A stretch of 64,000 nucleotides of DNA from Minisyncoccota bacterium (lineage in GTDB: Bacteria; Patescibacteriota; Minisyncoccia; Phycocordibacterales; Phycocordibacteraceae): the NCBI GenBank assembly GCA_041666305.1, contig JBAYHD010000004.1, positions 3,946-67,945 of the forward strand. Reading direction: 5' to 3'. Below the pieces are notes generated by a model that saw nothing but the letters and a program-made list of their open reading frames with translations, did no database searches and was not told the DNA's origin. How positions within the stretch are numbered: position 1 is the first letter of the stretch; each line of letters opens with the position of its first letter. The translations under genes were made by a program, and so were the position numbers. This document shows positions 58,988 through 64,000 of this stretch, one piece after another.

Positions 58988-60026
58988 ATTTTTTAGGAAG
59001 TTCTTCGGTGAAGAAGCGGCGGAAGAATGTATCCTGCTTCAGGTACTTTTCGAATGTCTCCCGCGCTAGTTGCTGGCGGCGTCGCCACTCTTCGTCAGTG
59101 AGCGAATCATAGAAATCGCGGATGAAACGCGGGGTCTCTGCGATCTTCTCCATAGGCACGCGAACGATTATTCGCGCATAATCGATCTCATCCTCAACCG
59201 GAAGCACGATGTCCGTATCGGCAACGACGGGGATCCGTCCGAGAGAAAGAGTTTCTAAAAATCGATTGGAATAATTCCCGTCGCCTTTTGGCGCAAGCAC
59301 GAAATCGGCATCCACGATGCTCTGCAAGAACTCGGAGCGTGCCTGCACCGGATCAAGCTCAATGCTTTTTGCGTGTCCAGAGAATGAGCGCCGGACGATG
59401 AAATTGGTTTTTACCTGCGGCGAGCGCTCACACGCGCTCATCATTGCTCGGCGCCAATACACGCCCAGTTTTCGAGCTCGCAGAGAGGGCTTCAATAACG
59501 TGCCGAAACTATAGAGCAGATTTTTTGTATAATATTTGATCCAACTGCGCAGAGAACGAAATCCGCCCATGCCGCAAAACGAAACGACCGGTTTTTCGTT
59601 CTTGCCTCTCACCGCCAGCAATTCCTGCGGAAAATCTTCTGTCGTCGTCGGCATACAAATGTCTCGCGGGCGGCGAGAACTCCGATACAACGATTGGCGG
59701 AATACCCAGATGCGCGAATCAAAGCGGACCGTATCGGAGAAATCCCCGCACGAAAAAATAAAAAGCGGTTTATGGAGCTGTTCGGCGAGGTCCGCATGAT
59801 ACCGCAGATATTCCCTCGCCCTTTCACCCTGCTCCCGGGGAAAATCATTGACCAGCACAATGGCGTCTGCTGATGCTATGTCTGTCGTCTCGGCCTCCTT
59901 GAAAAAAGAATACGTTATATTCCGGAACAATCCCCCACCAGTACGAGCGGGCGGATGGCGATACTGGAACACAGCGTGCACGCCAATTCCCTCAAGCGGT
60001 TCTGGATAATACAATCGTACCGACAT
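58980..60026 (-). CDS. Exostosin-family (GT47) glycosyltransferase
   Basis: SFCG, FVLAPKGDGNYSNRFLETLSLGRIPV, VLPVEDEIDY. Confidence 0.8.
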   Translation of the reverse strand: MSVRLYYPEPLEGIGVHAVFQYRHPPARTGGGLFRNITYSFFKEAETTDIASADAIVLVNDFPREQGERAREYLRYHADLAEQLHKPLFIFSCGDFSDTVRFDSRIWVFRQSLYRSSRRPRDICMPTTTEDFPQELLAVRGKNEKPVVSFCGMGGFRSLRSWIKYYTKNLLYSFGTLLKPSLRARKLGVYWRRAMMSACERSPQVKTNFIVRRSFSGHAKSIELDPVQARSEFLQSIVDADFVLAPKGDGNYSNRFLETLSLGRIPVVADTDIVLPVEDEIDYARIIVRVPMEKIAETPRFIRDFYDSLTDEEWRRRQQLARETFEKYLKQDTFFRRFFTEELPKKYV

Positions 60027-60028
60027 AC

Positions 60029-61051
60029 CTATGATCGCGACATCAGCATGCGCTGCATCTCACTGATGATACGTTCCTTCGTAATATCGTACAAACAACG
60101 ATAGACGACCCCGCCGAGCGTTCTGACGCCGCACTCGCCGGTCTTATCGCCGTGGCAGCCGCAGTGTTCGCTCGCGGAAAGCTGGACCGTATGTTCTGCA
60201 TATGCCGGCAGCCAGCATGGGTCGGAGAGATTGCAGAGGACGACCGATGGCACGCCGAGGTGCGAAGCGATATGCGTCACTCCCGAAGACACGCCGACGC
60301 ATATACCCGCTTGTTTGAGCAGGCAGAAAAGATCGTGGGCATGCGGGCTCACTTCCACTCGCGCCCCGGAAATATCTTTTACCATTTCGCGCGCCGCCGC
60401 TTCCTCTTGATGCGCGCAGGTCAAGACAAATTCATGCGCCGGAAATTTGCTCCGCGCATCGACGAGCAAGGGGCGGACTTTTTCTATCGGGAAACTCCGG
60501 CGATAGCTCCCCGCAAAGAAATGGAAAAGGATGTACGGACGTGCGGGTAGTGTCGGGCACACGGGTGCCGACAACGAAGGCACCGGCGCCGGTACGGCAC
60601 GTCCGCCCCAAAGCGGCACCACGCGAGCGATCATAGAAAAAAGACTATCCGTCTTCGGGTCATAGGAAAGCACGCGGACACGGGCGGGCACTTTTTGCGA
60701 GCGCGATTGGCAATGCACCTCCACACTACCAGGGAGCAGTGTGGAGATGCGCGCAAGTATCTTCCACCACGCCGACACGACATCTTGAAATGGCTCGAGG
60801 AACACAACGCCGTGCGGATGCAGAGCAAGTCCTAAAAGAGTGAACCACGAACGGATGTCGCCCCGCGGCATTTCGCGATACTGAACCTCCGGCACCATCT
60901 CCACGATCTGGCGTACGAAATCGCTTTTGCGCGTGGAGATCAGCGTCAGGCGACTCGGAGAGTCTGCGGCTGCGAGCGTGTGCGCTAACTGTATGCCAAG
61001 CAATGCATCGCCTATGGCTCCACCGAAGATGTACAAAAGGTCTTTAGGCAT
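60029..61051 (-). CDS. GT9-like glycosyltransferase
   Basis: GAIGDALL, VGVSSGVTHIASHLGVP, C-terminal Cys cluster; start ATG 61051. Confidence 0.78.
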   Translation of the reverse strand: MPKDLLYIFGGAIGDALLGIQLAHTLAAADSPSRLTLISTRKSDFVRQIVEMVPEVQYREMPRGDIRSWFTLLGLALHPHGVVFLEPFQDVVSAWWKILARISTLLPGSVEVHCQSRSQKVPARVRVLSYDPKTDSLFSMIARVVPLWGGRAVPAPVPSLSAPVCPTLPARPYILFHFFAGSYRRSFPIEKVRPLLVDARSKFPAHEFVLTCAHQEEAAAREMVKDISGARVEVSPHAHDLFCLLKQAGICVGVSSGVTHIASHLGVPSVVLCNLSDPCWLPAYAEHTVQLSASEHCGCHGDKTGECGVRTLGGVVYRCLYDITKERIISEMQRMLMSRS

Positions 61052-61673
61052 GTGTGAGTTTGAGCACGAAGAAATGGTGGTATGGGCTGCCGAATGGCAC
61101 GAAATCGCGGATGAGCATGCCGTATTTGGAAAGTTTCCGACGAATGAGGGTGACTGGGTATCCGTGTTTGCCGAGTTCCCAATAATGCTGACCATTAAAT
61201 ATATGTTTTTTCGGGAACGGGATCTTCAACGCGATGTGTATTTCCTGCAGAAATGGAACCTTGAGCGAGAAAGAAAGCATCGGCCCGAAATGCGGTACGC
61301 TGATGACGACGTGCGTGCGTGCAACGCGACAGAGCTCACCTAGCGCCTGATCAAATTGTTCGAACGGCAGATGCTCCAGCACTTCAAACGCACACGCAAC
61401 ATCGAATGATGCCTCGGCAAAAGGAAGTGCGAGAACGCTTCCGACGACGTCGGGGTGCAGTGCTTCATCAACATCCACGGACGTGTACGAAATCGTTGTG
61501 TTGTTTTTTAGAAAACTGCCGAATACTCGATCGCCGACGCCGACCTCAAGCACCGAAGACGGTTTCTGCGCCAGCACCTCTTTGAGCTGTGCGTAGTAGC
61601 TTACGAACCGCCCTTCAAAGGAGTACCGCTCGAAATCATAATGCGACTTTCCCACCTGCGTAACGGGTTTCAT
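61044..61673 (-). CDS. Methyltransferase type 11
   Basis: VLEVGVG, LPFAEASFD, FEVLEHL, HYWELG. Confidence 0.85.
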   Translation of the reverse strand: MKPVTQVGKSHYDFERYSFEGRFVSYYAQLKEVLAQKPSSVLEVGVGDRVFGSFLKNNTTISYTSVDVDEALHPDVVGSVLALPFAEASFDVACAFEVLEHLPFEQFDQALGELCRVARTHVVISVPHFGPMLSFSLKVPFLQEIHIALKIPFPKKHIFNGQHYWELGKHGYPVTLIRRKLSKYGMLIRDFVPFGSPYHHFFVLKLTHA

Positions 61674-62596
61674 AGAGCTTGCATGTCGTTCAGTATCGCA
61701 GGAATCAGTTTTTGGAGCGAGTGCTGTTCCCGGACATACTGCGGGCCTTCATGCTCGAGCGGCTTGAGCGCCGGATCATTCGTTACGATAGGCAATCCGC
61801 AGGCAAGCGCCTCGAGTACGACCTTGTCCAAACTTCCAGTTTCGCTCGTATGTATGAAGTATGCGGCGGTTCGGTATTCGTCACGCAATTGCGCCTGCGT
61901 CAAAGCGCCCAGGAATTGCACCGATGCATGCAATTCGTGAGCAAGCGCCTCCAAGCGGGCGCGCTCAGGACCTTCACCTGCAATGCGCAGCGCCCTGCCT
62001 TCCTGTACCGCTCTTCGAATGGCAAGATCGTGTCGCTTGCTCGGCATGAGCCGTCCGACTGAAAGCGCCCAATCGCCGCGCGCAATACGTGCATCGGGAG
62101 AAAAGAAATCAACGTCGATGCCATGCTTCATCACATGCACTTTTTTACTTGCGAGCCGAAAGCTTTCTTTTGAAGCGGTGAAAATAATACCCGCCAGTTT
62201 TTCTGCGACCCGCAGTTTCAGATCAACGCTTTTGTGCGTATACCAGAGCGCAATTTTCTTTCCCCACATCCGCCAGAACACGCCGCCGAGAATAACGTAC
62301 TCCGGATTCATGTGCACGAAAACGGTATCGTACTCATGCCGGAGCCGCCACATGAGCACGTAAAAACGAGCTGCATACGCCACGCGCCGCCACGTACTGG
62401 TATGATATATCATACTAGCACGCTCTTTACCCAAGGAATGCACGCGCACATTCGCGGGGAGCTTGTGCTTTCCTTCTTTCAAACAAATGACCTCCAGGTG
62501 TTCAGCATGCTTCGCGAACTCCTCTATCCAGCGCACGAAAAATCCGAGGTCAGAATCCTCTTGATCAACTGATTGCGTAACGATAAGAAGTTTCAT
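61670..62596 (-). CDS. GT4 glycosyltransferase
   Basis: SVGRLMPSK, SETGSLDKVVLEALACG. Confidence 0.88.
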   Translation of the reverse strand: MKLLIVTQSVDQEDSDLGFFVRWIEEFAKHAEHLEVICLKEGKHKLPANVRVHSLGKERASMIYHTSTWRRVAYAARFYVLMWRLRHEYDTVFVHMNPEYVILGGVFWRMWGKKIALWYTHKSVDLKLRVAEKLAGIIFTASKESFRLASKKVHVMKHGIDVDFFSPDARIARGDWALSVGRLMPSKRHDLAIRRAVQEGRALRIAGEGPERARLEALAHELHASVQFLGALTQAQLRDEYRTAAYFIHTSETGSLDKVVLEALACGLPIVTNDPALKPLEHEGPQYVREQHSLQKLIPAILNDMQAL

Positions 62597-63498
62597 TTTT
62601 TCCTCCTGTGATGAACAACAATATCCTTGCCGTGCACATGCTCGACGAGATCAAGATCTTTCCCGGATGTTACCAATAAATCGACATTCTTTTCGATGGC
62701 TGCACGAAGAAATTCGGTGCCCCACCGGTCTTTGGTCGATCGTTCATACAGATTGGCGAGTGCGGCCACATCTTTAATGAAGCATACACCTCCCGCTCCG
62801 CGACCGCGTATGGCACCTTTGTGACCGCTGTCATGCATCACGTGCAGGTGAGAGGATCCTATGCGCGGGTCGGCGGCAACCGCGGTGCGGACAATGTCAT
62901 AATCGGCACCTGTTGCCTGTGCCAGGTCATATATAATATTTCCGAAAAGTACTCGTAGATACAGAAAAAAATTTCCTGCATATTTGATGAGTTCCGCTTC
63001 TGTCGCGGAGCATATGGATTCGTATGGAGCTTTGGGCAGCATCTTCAAGATTGCACGCGCGCGAATACGATAGGCTTTCGTGTCTTTCGTGATGCCGACG
63101 ATATTGCGCAATGGGCGAGCTGCATCCTCTGCCGCCTGCCGCAACACTAAAAACTCAGGCGAGTGCATAATGTAGAGCTTCGGGAAGTGTTTCTGCAATC
63201 TGTTGGTCGTTCCAGGCAAGATGGTCGATTTCACCACGGCAGTTTTCCCAGCACCTACGAGCGACAATACTCTTTCCACAATACTCGCGTCAAACCCGTT
63301 CGGGGTCGTCGGCGTCGGCACCGCAATAAAAACAACGTCACATGCGCGGATTTTATCTTTGTTCGCTTTATATGGCTCCTCCAGCGAATAACGCACTACC
63401 GTATACCCGCGGCGCTCAAAATCATCCGCATAACTCTTGCCTATGAACCCCTGACCAATAAAACCGACCAGGGGTCTTGCACCAGCTACACGCCCCAT
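62593..63498 (-). CDS. UDP-glucose/GDP-mannose dehydrogenase family, short form
   Basis: GFIGQGFIG, FIAVPTP, KSTILPGT, SPEFL, AELIKY, GAGGVCFIKD; lacks the usual C-terminal domain. Confidence 0.8.
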   Translation of the reverse strand: MGRVAGARPLVGFIGQGFIGKSYADDFERRGYTVVRYSLEEPYKANKDKIRACDVVFIAVPTPTTPNGFDASIVERVLSLVGAGKTAVVKSTILPGTTNRLQKHFPKLYIMHSPEFLVLRQAAEDAARPLRNIVGITKDTKAYRIRARAILKMLPKAPYESICSATEAELIKYAGNFFLYLRVLFGNIIYDLAQATGADYDIVRTAVAADPRIGSSHLHVMHDSGHKGAIRGRGAGGVCFIKDVAALANLYERSTKDRWGTEFLRAAIEKNVDLLVTSGKDLDLVEHVHGKDIVVHHRRKK

Positions 63499-63552
63499 AG
63501 AAACAACTGTGGTACGTGCCTGGTATCGCCTGTCATACGGAATACAACCGCT

Positions 63553-64000
63553 CTACAAAGAAGAACGTTGCTGTGCGGCAGACGCGAGGTCAGCAACGAT
63601 GCGTGTCGGGACATCTCCGACTGATGCGAGATGAGCGCGTGCCGCGGCTTCGGCGTGAATAGGGAGCTCAAGCCGTACGCGCGTATCTTCGATGAATCCG
63701 ACGATATTGAGTGAGAGAGCGGTTGGATCCGCCACCGGAGCGGCAAGCACGTCTTCGTATCCTTTGAATACTTCCCCGACGATACCGACGTCGGTCGTGA
63801 TGATGGGCACTTTGGCGAGCGCCGCTTCCACAAGCGTGCGGCTGTACCCTTCATAGGCGCTGGCCTGAATGTATGCCTGCGCACTCGCCATGAGCGCTCG
63901 CGCATCGGCGCGCTGCCCGAGGAAAACAACGCTGTCGGCAAGCCCGAGCTCATCAGCCATACGTTCGATCTTCCCGCGTTCACTGCCTTCACCCACAATG
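63553..64000 (-). CDS. GT4 glycosyltransferase (3' part; 5' end outside window)
   Basis: VGEGSER, FLG, SAYEGYSRTLVEAALAKVPIITTDVG. Confidence 0.85.
   Translation of the reverse strand, partial: IVGEGSERGKIERMADELGLADSVVFLGQRADARALMASAQAYIQASAYEGYSRTLVEAALAKVPIITTDVGIVGEVFKGYEDVLAAPVADPTALSLNIVGFIEDTRVRLELPIHAEAAARAHLASVGDVPTRIVADLASAAQQRSSL

Noticed and set aside
63486-63998. Alternative 170-aa minus-strand ORF
   Set aside because: The overlapping frame ending at 63553 has clear GT4 motifs; this one has none.

Overview
Chromosomal window from a bacterium that looks like a Patescibacteria/CPR (Parcubacteria-like) organism. This is inferred from gene style: a giant GNVGIGTTSP-repeat surface protein, stand-alone PaaX/Cas2-like and TrpR-like genes, and apparently leaderless genes. 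The left part holds the 5' end of a giant HTH+TM+tail-fibre-repeat protein missed by the ORF track (4526 to <1), a second HTH-TM gene, gatB, obgE, secA, a tiny basic peptide gene, murB, an O-antigen-ligase/TPR gene and an HUH (RAYT-type) transposase. From about 16.9 kb to the end lies a ~47 kb, mostly minus-strand surface-glycan cluster. It covers nonulosonic acid synthesis with acetamidino modification, lipid-linked amino-sugar transfer, LicD phospho-decoration, branched sugars, and many GTs and methyltransferases. Three observations stand out. (1) Three unrelated DNA-binding genes (TrpR-like, RAYT, PaaX/Cas2-like) each lie antiparallel to their neighbours and are bracketed by their own private palindrome, with one copy on the -10 box and a perfect copy just after the stop codon. 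(2) A tightly coupled AT-rich licD / cytidylyltransferase-SerK-like kinase fusion / DUF711 / methyltransferase unit may be a LicA-independent phosphoserine/phosphocholine decoration pathway. (3) A pair of membrane-anchored HTH proteins includes one with a modular, cassette-like giant ectodomain. No rRNA, tRNA or CRISPR array was recognised. All functional calls come from motifs read by eye; no database search was run.
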